NCBI RefSeq assembly: GCF_009914755.1
Contig: NC_060934.1
Source of the DNA: the human T2T-CHM13v2.0 reference genome, Homo sapiens
Strand: one strand, 5' to 3'
Length of the DNA: 64,000 bases
Under the pieces are notes generated by a model. The model worked only from the letters and a program-made list of their open reading frames with translations, was not told the DNA's origin and made no database searches. Shown here piece by piece: positions 1 through 14,922 of the stretch. Every line of letters starts with the position of its first letter. Position 1 is the first letter of the stretch. The translations under genes and the position numbers were made by a program.

Positions 1-1039
1 TCCCACCACGGCAGCCCCAGCTCCCACAAGCCTGGGCCTCCTCGCAGGGCTCAGGGACTTAGTGGCAAGAGCTGGCCCTTCAGGAGATGGCACTCAAGGC
101 CCTTCTGCAAGAGGCACCTTTCTCTAGGTGTAACACAGGGGCCGCCAGACCCAAAGACCCCTCACTCTGTGCAGGACAGACTTTGCAACCAGGGCCCATC
201 ATCCCTCATGCAAGGCACGTGTTGCAGGCAGAACTGGATGTACAGACTTGGTGGGCACAGGATGGCCTCATTTTGTTCTCTCTGGAATCACAAGGCCACC
301 AGCTGGTATCCTAGCAGTAGCATTTTGGAGGTTACAAAACAGTTTCCTATTTATTACCTGAATTAATCTTTGTGGTAATTCTATCCATTTTAATTCACAG
401 GCAGAAAATGAGATTCTAGGCCATCGTCCTCCCCACCCCAACTTCGAGCCCTAGGTCAGGATCTACCCTGGGGCCTCTGCTCCTTGCTGGCTTCTGCTCA
501 ACCTCCTGTCCTCCTCTCAGGCTCTCATCATCCTGCCAGATGGATCTACTCAGGGGAGCATGTGGCCACTGCTCCTCTGAAGGCACCTGGGCACCACCAG
601 GCTCTTTGGAAAGCACAGCCCAAGACTAGCAGAGAGACACAGTGGCAGCCCCAGAGGGACAGCAGTGAGTCCTTCTTTCCCTCCAAAACTGCCCCTTCCA
701 GACCCTCCACCAGCTGAATCTTGCCCAGGGGTAGATACTTCATTTCTAAGGAAGAAACTAAAACAAAACGGTGATTCCATCATTAGCATAAAATAAACAG
801 AATAACAATAAACCATGAAAGAAAAACATAGACTGAAAGAAGCAAAGATCTATACCTGTGTAAGGATGTATAACGAGATGTTCCTTTAATCAATAGGAGG
901 CAGAATGGAAATCTTTGATTTTTGCAGAGGCTGCTAAAGGCTGCGGTTCTGGTGGACATGATTTACGCCACGGTGCTGGGGTCTTGAAGTTCTAGCTTGC
1001 AGATCCCCACTTTACCTCTTTATTTTAAAGAACTCTTAT

Positions 1040-1900
1040 TGGTTTCTTTGTCATTACTCTTATTTTTGGAAAGTGATACATACTCATGTGAAAGTATGAA
1101 GAAGAAACATTTTTTAAAGACCTATAATGCCGTAATCCAGGGGTAAGCACTGTTAAATCCATCTGCATTTTCTTCTAGTCTTATGCACATATATTTACAT
1201 AATTGAGATTACACTGCATGTGCAATTTTATATCCTGACTTTTTTCACTTAATATTGTGCTGTAAAATGTTCTACAAGTCGTTGACGATTTTAGAGAAGC
1301 ATTTTAATGGCCATGGAATTATCTATTGTATGATACAGCACACTTTAATTATTTCCCTAGTGTTGGACATAAGATTTTTGCATTTTTTCACGATTATGGG
1401 TAATATTCTGATGAGCACCTTTGCAAAGAAGACTTTGATGGTTGATACGGCTGTTTCCTTAGAAGAGATACAAAGAAACATAACGGTGGAATCTAATTAT
1501 GCAAGTCAAGAGAGTTTGAGGCAATTAACCCTCCGCAAGTAGCAGGCGCTTTGCCTCCCTTCTCCCTAATGGGTAATGGCTATTATCATTACTTTACAGT
1601 CTTCTAATTTAATAAGTAGCAAGTATCTTACTATCATGATAAAGTTTCTCTTCCTAATTACCAGAAAATTTGAATAATTTTTATGTTTGTCAATAATCTC
1701 TTTGTAAATAACCTACTCATTTCCTTCAGTTCCTTTTCTGTTAAGAAAAACAAAATGCTTTTAATTTATTGATTTCTCTTGAGTTTTTGTCACTTAGGAA
1801 ATTAATCCTTATTTAGCCAATTAATGCTTTTATTTGGAATATTCATTTAAGTCTTTTTTCCTAAGCCTGGCCCCTGGGTTGTAAATCTTTTAATATGTTT
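1040..1900 (-). mobile_element. Old L1M(E)-type 3' fragment, degraded
   Basis: AT-rich sequence with L1ME-like phrases (ttttttcacttaatatt, ttggacat...tttttca); boundaries rough. Confidence 0.5.
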
Positions 1901-2200
1901 TGGAAGTGATATTTTAAGGATCCACTTAATTATATCCAGAAGATAATAATTTTCCTGTGATCTATTTTATTGTTCATGTACTTCAAAGAAATAAACAAAC
2001 AAAAATCAAACACAACATTCTTACCATCCATATATCAGCTAATAATCTCCTAAATCATCTTATTTTGCTATTTTCTTTCCTCCTCTGTCCTGTGCTTCTG
2101 CACTTAGCACCATGGGACTTTCATTTTGGTGTGATAATGTGGTGTGAGGACTCCAAGCCACCCCCTTTTTAATAACAGCATTTACTGATATATTACATTA

Positions 2201-2581
<381 letters not shown>

Positions 2582-3019
2582 CTATTTCACACTATTGCAG
2601 CTACCATAGGGTTACAACATTTTAAGACATTTTTCATAACTGTCTCAGCTGTTCTAACTGGTTCATTATTCAAATACATATTCTCCCCAGCCTAAACAAT
2701 CGTCCTATGGGCATCTATTAAAGAAAGAAAAGAAAGAGCTTCACTCCCTCTTAACTGCATTTGCTTCCTTACACCTGACTTGCAACTATATGGGAATGGA
2801 ACATTTGAGACAAAACAAACCTTAAAGGCCATCCAGACCAACTCTTAAATAACATCCAACATGAGGCTTCAGCTGTTGCTAACCACCCCACTGGCTTTCT
2901 GCCGGCCAAGTGACTCACTCTGTCTTTGGCAGCTCTCACAGTGCTTGGGTCTTCCCTACTGCTCTGGGGCTCCCCACACCCACCCAGACATGTGCCCACC
3001 AGAGCCACGGAGAGTATGT

Positions 3020-3622
3020 GGATGTCTTCTTTACGAGAACATGAACCAGATTCTATGGAACTAAGTTTGAAAATCCCAGTTTCCAGGATGGACTCTATCC
3101 AGATGCAAGAATCGTGCATGCTGGGAAACTCTTTTGCTCCCTGTGAAGCAGGCTGGCTAGCCTCCTGTTGTGATCTGGTCTAGAGAAGAACAAAAGCCCT
3201 TTACTCAAGCTCTAGCTTATCTAACTTTCAGCCAATCAGCGACAAAAGACCCTAGACACTGTTAACCACAAGTTCCTGCTTCCATTAGGACTAAAACTCA
3301 ACTTATAGTTATCCCTTCCTCATTGTAATGCTAAAAGTCACACCCAGAGGTGCAGATTTAAAATGCTAATGCTACATGCAGTGCATACAGAAGTGTATTA
3401 AATCCCTGCCCAGGTGCTGAAAAGGATCCTCCTCTACATGCCCTCATGTCTCCCTTCCCTATAGGAAAGTCCTATAAAATTAACTCCCATTCTGCTTTCA
3501 GAGAGCAGCCTGTCCTTCCCATCTGCAGTGCTGACTCCATTGTGCACAAGCTAATAAACTTTTCGCTAGTCTCTCTTGATTCCTATCCTGGGAGATTGCA
3601 AGAACCCAGGGCTCCAGAAACA
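3020..3622 (+). mobile_element. Solo ERV LTR-like element (family unassigned; 5' boundary uncertain)
   Basis: CCAAT (agccaatca), TATA-like cctataaaa, aataaa and a terminal ...gaaaca in LTR order. Confidence 0.5.
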
Positions 3623-3785
3623 CTTGTTCCACTTAGAAAATGTATGTCCATGACTAGAATAATAATTTACAGCATTTTTCTTCATCCAGGCAGTGCAATG
3701 ATGGACGAGCCTGGATAAGCAAATAAGGTTGTGAAAATGTTATTTGTAATAACAGAATGTAACAAATACAAATATAGGCACATGA

Positions 3786-4135
<350 letters not shown>

Positions 4136-4270
4136 AGACATACTCTTTTTAGAAGTCAACAGTGACATATACAGCTTATCTGTGTACTGTCTTCCAGCAA
4201 TATCACCAACATGATAAAATCAATGCTGTTGAAAGTACAGGAAAAAAGGTTGCTTATTAAAAATAATTTA

Positions 4271-4375
4271 GAGACAGGAGAATTGCTAGAACCCAGGAGG
4301 TGGAGGTTGCAGAGAGCTGATATCATGCTATTGCACTCCAGCCTGGGTGACATAGCAAGACTCTGTCCAAATAAT
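4271..4375 (+). mobile_element. Alu right-arm fragment
   Basis: caggagaattgctagaacccaggaggtggaggttgcag...ctctgtc. Confidence 0.85.
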
Positions 4376-6390
4376 AACAATTAATAATAATAACTTAAAG
4401 ATACTATATTCTGTGTACTTCCTCACTTTAGTTCACTGAAGGAAAATTCAGGGTTGACCAGTGATTATTCAACGTAAAAAAATTGTTGAGAATTTTAAAT
4501 GCAAACACTTTTAGAGAAACACAGAAATGAATAAGAGTGATTCTCTGCCCTTGTGTGTAAACAATTGAAAACAAAACAGAATTTGACTTTAAATTCCCTG
4601 GGGCAGGGTCCATGACTCTTGTTCAGTTTGTGATCCACAATTACTGGTATACGAAATGTGCCCAATAAATACTCAGTGGATGAATAAAAAGTAGATGTCC
4701 TTATATAACCCAGATCTTTCCTGCTTACAGATGATGCCCACATCCATTATCTTGTTTGATTCTCCAGCAGTGAGGTGGGAGGTGTGTTTTCTATCCCACA
4801 CAGGCCATGATGCACAAGCCACCAGCAGCTCCATGGAGACCTCCCGGATCCCCAGTGGCCTCTGCCCTCACCCCACACTCACCAAGAATCTTCTGTGGCA
4901 GATGCGGTGGCTCCCTGGCCTCCTTGCCATGAGAGGGAGTGTCTGGGCAGTGGGAGGCCATGTCCTTGGAAAGTCTGTTCAGTAAGTGGATGAGCTTTGT
5001 GGGCTCATTCGAATGAGCTATTCCTCTGCACCTGCAATTCTAGCCTAAACCTCTATAAAGCCTCAGAGTCAACCTTGAGGCTTCACCAAGGTGACGCCCT
5101 GGCAATAGCCACATGGAGCATCCTGACCCTCCTTCCAGGAAAATCCCTTGCCAGGGGCTGTGTCCAGACAGCAGGGTTAGGATTCAGGAGGCCCCTTCAC
5201 ATCGGGCTTGTCGTGGATGGGGAGAGATGGGCAGACAGGATGCTGCTTCTCAAAAGCTCCCCCAGGGGCTCACAGCCCCAGAACAGCAGGACAGGAGGAG
5301 AGGTGTGTGGGCGGATGAGGGATAAGCTATTGATCAGCTCCCAAACCAATCTCGCCCCCAAGCACTGCTTTAAGAACGCTGGGGTCCAAGAAGAGCTTGT
5401 TGCAAAAAGGACTGTACATAGCATTAAGTCTAGAAATTAATAACATGACCCATCGCTGAATTCTGCTGGCACGCAGACTCAGGCAGCGATAGCCCTGACT
5501 TGAATCCCCTGTTTTCCCCGTGTTGTAGGAGGGTGCAAGGCGGGGTGCTGTGCCCGCGGCATCTTCACGACGAGTTCTCACCTGAGTGCAGGAACACACT
5601 GTCCTCAGAGCACGTCTCCCTCTGCCAGGCAGGCGCAGGACCTGTGCGTCCGCAGGTGAGACAGACGTGGCACTCATTTCCATGACACCCTCTGTTCTCC
5701 AAGGAATGGAGCTGCTGGGGGAGTCTCCATGGTCAGTTTCTGGACAGGCCTGGGACAGCCCTGACCGAAGATGCTTTATTTGTGGCTTCTCCAAATTCCA
5801 GCACCCTTTCCTGATTCAAATAGCAACAAAAATGCTTAGTTAAAAAGGAATTTATGGTAATGTCCCTGGCAGAAAAAAAAAAAAAAATTCTCAGCCCCAA
5901 AGCTAAGCTCCTACCAAACAGGAAAACCTATTACAGTAAGATGATCTCCCAGTCATCTCCAGCTTGGCGGGCTCAATGGAGGCGTCAGCCCGTGCAATCA
6001 GACGGGGAGAAATAGAAGAGGGACAGGATGTAAACCCTTTCTGTTTGCAGGAGATATGAGTGTATTTCCGGAAAACCCAAGAGAAAGAAGGATAAAACAA
6101 ATTAACACTGGAATGTAACCACACAAAAGCAAAACAAATATAAAAAATTAGTAAAGTATCAGGATATAAAATTAACGTAATAATAAAAAGCCTTTATATA
6201 CACAAACAATGACCAAGCAGATGATATAGTGGATAAGAAAACACAAATAGCAATAAAAATAAAAATACATAAAAACAAGTTTTTAAAAACTCTACACTTA
6301 TATGAGAAAAACTTTTAAATATTCCTAAAAATTTGGATTTCCCTGAATGGAGAGGCATCTCCTACTGTTGGGTAGGACTATTTAAAATTT

Positions 6391-6700
6391 GGGCAGGCAC
6401 GGTGGCTCACGCCTGTAATCCCAGCTCTTTGGGAGGCTGAGGCGGGTAGATCACCTGGGGTCAGGAGTTCAAGACCAGCCTGGCCAACATGGTGAAACCC
6501 CATCTCTACTAAAAATACAAAAATTAATCAGACATGGTGGCACACGACTGTAATCTCAGCTACTCAGGAGGCAAAAGCAGGAGAATTGCTTGAGCCTAGG
6601 AGATGGAGGTAGTGGTAAGCTGAGATTATGCCACTGAACTCTAGCCTGGCCAACAGAGCAAGATTCTGTCTCAAAATAAATGAATAAATAAATTAATTAA
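6391..6700 (+). mobile_element. Alu (AluS-type)
   Basis: Full dimer with an AT-rich tail. Confidence 0.95.
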
Positions 6701-6977
6701 TTTAATTAAATTAAATTAAATAATAAAGATACTAGTTTTGGGTGGCTAATGTAAATATTTCAGGTAATACCAATAAAAGTGCTAATAAATATTCTTTTCT
6801 GAAACCAAACAGGTATATTCTAAATTTCTTATGAAAACAAATGCAAAATATCTTTAAAAAAATTTTAAAAACAATGGTAAAGTTATTAAATACGATAAAG
6901 CTTTTGTGATTAAAACAGTGTATTAGTAGGACATGATCCACCAGACCAATAGAAGAAATAAATAAAAATAATTTATA

Positions 6978-7405
<428 letters not shown>

Positions 7406-9487
7406 TCACTTGGAAAATTGGATCCATGACTCACACTATTTGCTGGACAAAAAGTAAAATGTAAAATATACATGAATTATATATACACACACATATTAGG
7501 CAAAAGCATGGGTGAATTCCTTTTTAACCTGGATAGGTGAAAAGCTTTTCTAATTAAGATTCAACATTTAGAAACAATAAAAAAGTTGATAAATGCAATG
7601 ATATGCTTTTTAAATTGCATAGTAAAAATTGCATAGTAAAAATAAGCAAATGCTAAACATCGAACTGTGAAGAAATAGTTACAACGCTACTCACGATGGG
7701 AGAACACATGAAAGCTGCTTTTGCTGCTGTTTCTCACCTCTCAGATCGATGCCAATTTACAGCTGGCAGCACTCCATGGGCAAGGCTGGGGGAAGCCACC
7801 CCACGCAGTGCTGGTTGGAGCAGGGATGTTACTGCATTGTGGAGGGGAATGAGAAGACTTCTAAGGAGGTAGCATAGGCACGTGCCTTTGACCTAGAGCT
7901 GCATGTCCAGGAATTTCCCTTACAGGTGAATGTCTCCAAACATCAACCAGTGCGTGCACAAGTGTATTCCTCGCAGCAGTGTTCTATGTTAGCAAAGAGC
8001 TGAGAATAGCCTGGAGAGCCAGTTAGCAGGGTGGGTACGAGAGCCACAGCACCCTGGGATGGCCCACTGCATGGAGGAGGAGCAAGGAAGGGTGGCCCCA
8101 CACCAGCCGCAGTGGTCCTGCTTCACACAGCCGGCAGTGGGACAGGTGAGGCAGGCCTTTCTCAATGGGGAGTGATGAGGGGAGCCCAGCACCGGCGGGG
8201 TGTCCAGGGCAGAAGGGCCAGCCTGGAGTGGGTCACCTCAAGAGAAGCTGATGATCCCAAATGCTGGGTTGCAGGTCCAAAGAACCAATGTCAGGAAAAC
8301 AAAGGGAATGGGGCAAGTGTGTGTGGGGGAGGAAAATTCTGATTTTAAAATGTCCATAGAAACCTGGCAAGCAAATGCAGTGGGTAAAACTTGATTGGCT
8401 CCTGGGAGAAAAAGCATAAAAGTCATTGTTAAAAAAAAATAGATGAAACTGGAATGTGAACTATTTAGGCCGTTGTTGAGTTAAAGAGTCTTCACCGTGA
8501 CAATGGTATTCTGGCTGGGTGGGCAAGGTCCTTTATTATCGGAGATGCATGCTGATGACGACGTATTCAAGGGTAAAATGTCGTGATGTCTTACACTCGC
8601 TCCACGTCTTCGTGAAAATGTACGTGTGTGTGCACGCGCTTGTATGTACATATGGACATGTATAGAGTGCACAGATGCCACACTGTTAAAAAGCATGAAG
8701 CTGAGAGTCTGTGAGGGTTCATTTTATTACTTGTCAGCTCTTCTATAGGTTTGTAACATTTTCTAGGTAGACACTAGGTAAGAAAGAACTATCATACACA
8801 TTTATTTAATCATGGATATGAAATGTGAGTCAGGGACAATTTGGCTTGGAAGGACAGAACCCTGCAGAGGAGCGAGTGTCTGCGCCAGAGGCTGACTCGC
8901 ACTGGCAGGGCACCCGGTTCTTTGAGAAGATGCCGTTGAAAATGAACGCAGAGGGCTTCATGGCCCCTTCGAAGTTATCCTCACCAGCCATAGGCCAGGC
9001 CTCCCAGCCCCAGCCCCTGGCCCACTCCCATCAGGAAGCCCTTCCTGCCTCTAATCCTGTGGCTGGTCTTCAATCCCCAATTAGAGCTTCTTCCAAAGCA
9101 TCCCCTTCCCTAAGCCATATTCTTCTAAACTATGCTTGTAATATTGTTCACACCAACCCACATGCTCTCGACTCCATTTACACAACAGCCACGTGATGTT
9201 GAGGTTTATGGGCTCATCAAAAATTTTTATAGCAAAATAAAATATTTCAAAAAGAGATTGTGCATTTAATAATATCTATACCCCAAATTATCGAATATTC
9301 GCGTTTTCCGGAGTGGGCAGAAGTGGCGTGTAGTGTGTCACTTGTTGAATAAACACACGTCCAGGGGTCTGTTTTTCCCATAGTCAGAAAACCACAAGTC
9401 TTGTCATGCTGTGGCCTAGGAGCGGAACATGGCATCTGAGTGTGGACAGGTCTGCCACCATCCACAGCTGTTCCCCTTGCCGCCCAG

Positions 9488-10192
9488 TACACACACACAC
9501 ACACACGCACACACAAAATACACACATACACACATGCACAAGTACACACACCTGCACATATGCATATACACATGTACTTACATATACAAATATACACACA
9601 TATCTACATAAACACACATGCACACACATACACACATGCCCATGTACACACATATATACACAAACACACATACATAAACATACACAAACACACACATACA
9701 CACACGTACACACATACCTGAACATACACATATACACACATACACACATACACATGCACACACATACACACATGCACATACACACCTGCACACACATCTA
9801 CATAAACACACACACTCATGCACATGTACATACATACCTGCACACACACATACACATACATACACATACACACATGCACATGTACACACACACTTGCACA
9901 CACACATCTACAAACACACACACATACACACGTACACACATGCACATGTACACATACCTGCACACAGACTTACACACATCTACACACACATGCACACATA
10001 CACATGTACATGCATGCCTGGACACACACATAAACACATACAAAAACACACACGTACAGACATACCTGCATACACATGCACATACACACATGCAAATGTA
10101 CATACCTGAACACCCACATATACATAAACACATACACATACATGCACATGTACACACATATCCGCGGGCGCACACACACACACACACACACG
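9488..10192. repeat. ~700-bp degenerate (CA)n/(CATA)n low-complexity tract
   Basis: Direct inspection. Confidence 0.95.
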
Positions 10193-12434
10193 TGAGTCCC
10201 TGTTCCAGTGTTTCTCATTTGTCCACTGCATGTTTAGCCCACATATCTCAGGCCGTGCAGCATCTGGTCCCTGTCCTGGGTCGGCTCGTGCTGCCTGAAC
10301 CCTCCCTCACCTGCCCAGTCTGGTGCTGCCTCTGCGGCTATCTACTTGTCCAGGCCACGTGGACTAAAGTTTGTCTAGAAAAATAAGAAAAGCAGAGACA
10401 AATCCTGGGCTGGGGATGTCTAGGAGAACACATGTGGCTGAGAGCAGCCAGGTCCCCTGGACGGGTGCAGTCCTGACCCCAGGAGGGGCCTGCCCCTGCT
10501 GCTTCTGGGAGTCGCCTGCCCTAGAGCCCCACTGAGCACGTGTGCCTGCCTCCATCAGGGCCTCCAACCCTGTGACTCCATCAGGGGTAAAGGGGCCTCA
10601 ACGTGTCCCTGTGAAGCAGAAGGAACCACTGCAGCCCCTTGGGAGCAGAGAGCTGCCTGTGCTGTGGACAGAAGAGCCCAGGCCCCTCTGGATGGGCAGG
10701 ATGTGGATGGGAGGGGCCTGGAGCTCACACAAGGGCCACACACGCAGCCCCCTGGCTATGTACTGTACTGGAGGCGTGTGGCCCTCCAGCTCCAGACCAC
10801 TCCCTCCAGCCTCACTCCCCCTAGGCGGATGCCCGGCCCTGTGTCCTCGGGCAGGCCCCAGCCCACTCTGTCACAACTGGACCGCCCTCAGCACTTCCTT
10901 CCAAAGCCTTTCCTTGGGAGCGTGTGTGCTGCCTCACAGCCCTGGTGGCCCCAAAGCTGGAACTGGACTCTGATTCCGGTGCTCCCCCTCCCCTGCCAAC
11001 CCAACAACCCTGAAGGCACTGGCCCATGGGATCCCTGGAGCCAGCCATGTGCCCTGTTCTCAAGGTGCTCAGGGCAGGGCTTGTCATGGGGACGATCAGG
11101 AAACCCTGGCTGCCAGGAGTCTCACTCCCAGCCAGACCCCGGTCACAACGCAAGCTCCTGGGCCCAGAGGCTTCTGGACTGCATTCCGTTCCTGCCTTCC
11201 AACTTCCCTTTAACCTAGCGTGCTCACATTGTGTCTCTCTTGCAAAGAAAAATAAAAGGAAAAAAAGAACTTACTTTCAAGTCATCGATATTTTGTGCAA
11301 CAGCTCTGCAGGGTATCAATAAACTTTTCCAAAGCTGTAAATGTGTAAACTTCTAAAGCAGTAAAGCTGTAAAATCTTGTTATTGGACCTTCATTGCATT
11401 TTATATTTTGGGCAGCTGATTCTAAACTCCAGAAAACAATAGGAAGACTGGTCGACACTGCGTAGTTGGAGGGTGGGAAGGAGAAACTTTGCTGACCAAG
11501 AAACCAGCTGAACCGTAGGAGGTTGGACCCAGATGGACCAGCGGACTTTGCACATGGCTGAAATCTGTCTCACCAAGAGGGAGGCAGGTGTGGGCTCCAA
11601 ATTAGTTTTATCTGGATGGAAACCAGTCTGCCCAGCATAGTGGTAACCTAAACAACCAGGCAAATAAGGCTGGAAAAGAAAAGAAATGTGGAACCAGTCA
11701 GCTCATGGCAGATGAGGTGTGCCCGGTGTGCTGGTTTTCTGTGACCCTCCAGGAGAGGTAGAGGCTGCTGGGGGAAACGTGGTTTGGATGGAATGCAAGC
11801 TTCAGCTGCTTCTCACGTGACATCACCTGTTCTCACGGGGAGCTAATGAACACCATGGCTTATTTGAGCAAAGATGAAATCTGGTCCCAACCTCCCCGAG
11901 CCATTCCTCAGACATGGCTCTGCAGGGATGTTTGGCTGTGGGGACCTTGCCCTCTTTCTGCCATATCCCTCAGAGGCACAATTGGGATGAACCAGGGGGA
12001 GGGGCTTCTTCCTCTGGAGACTCCTGCAAGGGCGTGAGGACTTGTGGGGAAATCCTTAACGAGGACTCTTCCCTGTCATCGGGTGGGCAATGGCTCTGTC
12101 TTAGCTCAGAGCCCTTGTCTTTGGTGGCCAACTCTGGGGTGCCCAGGGCATGGGGGCCGGGAGCGGTAGGACAGTGACGGAACTCAGAGTCTGGCAGCTC
12201 CTGATGTGGGAACCCAGGTCATTACGTTTTCTCTCCATTTCTATATGTTTGAGAAATTCTATCATGAAAATCCTCCAAGGCCCTCACTCCTCCCAGGCCA
12301 ATGTCCCATTGAGTAAATCAAAGAGTTGTCCAGAAAAACTAAGGAAAAAGTTTCAGATGCAATCATGACCTAGTTTAGGTCTTCTGCAGGTCAAGGTCAA
12401 TCGCTGACCTTCAGAGTGTCAGCCTCACATCCCC

Positions 12435-12745
12435 GGGGTCCGGGTTTCCAAGTCTGGGTCTCCGTGCAGCCTTAGGCCTCCGTGCGCTGGGCGCACCTGG
12501 GTCCGGCTCCAGAGTCTGGGTCTCCGTGCAGCCTTAGGCCTCCTTGCGCTGGGCGCACCCGGGTCCGGGCTCCGGAGTCTGGGTCTGCGTGAAGCCTTAG
12601 GTCTCCGTGCACTGGGCGCACCCGGGTCCGGGCTCCGGAGTCAGGATCTGCGTGAAGCCTTAGGCCTCAGTGCACTGGGCGCACCTGGGTCCGGCTCCTG
12701 AGTCTGGGTCTGCGTGCAGCCTTAGGCCTCCCTGCACTGGGCGCA
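12435..12745. repeat. CpG-rich minisatellite, 5 x 62-63 bp
   Basis: cttagg recurs at 12471, 12533, 12596, 12659 and 12721. Confidence 0.92.
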
Positions 12746-13899
12746 GCCGTTTCTTGCTCATGGGCCAGGGTGAGTTATTGCTCACCCAGCTAATCACGGC
12801 CTGATTAATACTCCAAGCTCAGTTAGTTCCCGAGTTAAGGAACCTAGAGGTAGTCAGAGCCCACTGGAAATGCAGCCTCTCCAAATCCAGGCCCCTGTAA
12901 ATCTCCAGTGCTCAGCCTGGGGGGCGTCCCCTCCCCTCCCTTTGTCTTTGCTCCTAAATGTCCTCTCTGTTGGTGCATTGTAACTGAAAAGGTGATCAGT
13001 TTATGAAACACCTACAGAGATAAGCAGGCTTCCTCTAGTTCTGTGCATTCAACAAGGCCTCTTGAAATGACCTTGTTTTCTTCCCCCATTGACACTTGGA
13101 GGAGGCTAGAAGACAGTGCCCACCGTGCAGTTCCCACCGGGATGCAGTTCCCACTGGGATGTCCACCTGGGCCTCTGTGCAATGCCTGGCTGGCCCTTTC
13201 CAAAGCAGCTCCACATGGAGCTCAGGATGCAGAGCCGAGGACAATGGCAGAAGCGGGGGCCTGGGCTGCCCCCAAATTCTGCCTAGGATGGCCCTTCCAC
13301 CCCTCCGCAACCCACTTCTGCCCATGATGGCCCCTCCATCCCTCTGCACCCCAGTTCTGCCCATGAGGGTCACTCCAATTCTCCGGACTGCTTCTACAGA
13401 GCCAGGGGATGGACTAAACAAACTAAAACAAAAAGCTTCTCCGCAGGCCCTGCATCATGAGTCAGGTGAGGGAGTATTTCCTAAAGGCCTTGCAGGAAAA
13501 GGCAGGGAGAAGCCGGGCAGTCTGGCTCTGGGGGGAGCTCTGGAGAGCAGGCTTGGGTGGAGGTTGGACAGAAAGGTGGGGTCTCCCCTGTTCTGGCCCG
13601 GGGAGGGCAGGAAGGGACCAGCAACTCGTATGGCCCGGGGTGGGGCTGGGATTGATCTGCAGAACCAGGCATCGCAAATGAGCAGCCAGGGGCGGACCTG
13701 TTGGTGGGCCAGGTGCTGAGCTTTCTAAGCAGCAGGTACAAGCTCTCTGTCCTTGCACTGTTTCTCTGACACAGAAGAAGTCTGAGAGCTGTCGTGTGGG
13801 ACAGGCTGTGTGAGTTAGGACTCCCCTACGGAGGCTGCACCTTTGGGAGTGGCGAGAAGGGATCTATTTCAGGAGGCTGAGCCTGTGCCACTGCTGAGG

Positions 13900-14141
13900 C
13901 TGGTTCCACGATCTAGGTGCAGCTGGCATCACTGGGGCCAGGAGGCACAGGGCAGGCAGTGATGGGGGAAGACAGAGGGGAGTGGACAAAAGACCCCCTG
14001 GGATGCATCCATCTCTTTACAACTCCAGGCCTGCAGCCTGGACGACACAGCTGTGCTGTGTAGATGCGGACACTCTCATCCCGGAGTGGAGCAGGTGCCT
14101 GGCCCGGAGGACAGGTACATTGATGCATGGAACCAGGGCAG
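13900..14141. repeat. Left arm of a local inverted duplication
   Basis: Reverse complement of 14923-15193 with scattered substitutions and one ~30-bp indel. Confidence 0.9.
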
Positions 14142-14922
14142 CCAGGAGGCAGGACTGGCTGTGGCAGGTGCCCACAGGGTGAGCAAGGAAGTCCATGGGA
14201 AGGAGCTGGCACCCAAAATGGGAGATGGCACCCAAAAGCCCAAGGGGGACCCAAGGACAGGACAGCTCTAACCTTGCTCTCTGGGCAGGCACCCCCATTT
14301 TTGCCTCGGAGTGAGACTGAGTCCTGCTGGGGAGGAGGCAGTGCCTGCTGCTGGGAGGGTGCTGGGTGGGGATAGGTTGGGCAGGGATTCTGGGCCCCGT
14401 GAAGCCACCCACCTCCATGCAGTTAGAGAGCCTTTCGGAGCCACGCTGTACCCAGTCTGGTTGTGCAGCTGTGCCTGAAAAGTACTCTTAAGCCCTCAGT
14501 ATTTTCATGTAAATATGTCTCTAGCCTCATGCTAAAACCACAGATGATCGTGGAGGTGAACACATGCTAAGAGGCTGATTTTTTTTCTGAAGATATTTTC
14601 ATTATTTGATAAGGATTTAAACAGATTTTAACTACCTCCCTGGATAGTTCTTTCTAAATGTTTTAATTATAAGACCTTCCTGGCTTAATATGTTATATGG
14701 TGCATAATCAGGTTATATATTTTCTATCCTATCTCAGCCTGAAAAATAAGAAAATAGGATTATAATAATACCGCTGCAGGGGCAATTAAATGCAGCAATC
14801 ATGGTGTAAAGACAGTCCCCTCTCCTCTCCACTCAGGATGGCTGAAGCTGGCTCCCCATCCCCCATCCCCTCCACAGGCCCTGGGTACCAGCCACGCCTG
14901 AAGAAGCCCAGAGCCCAGGGTC

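Noticed and set aside
9247-10386. Long His/Thr-rich and Cys/Val-rich ORFs (up to 326 aa)
   Set aside because: Artefacts of the (CA)n-like tract, which lacks stop codons.
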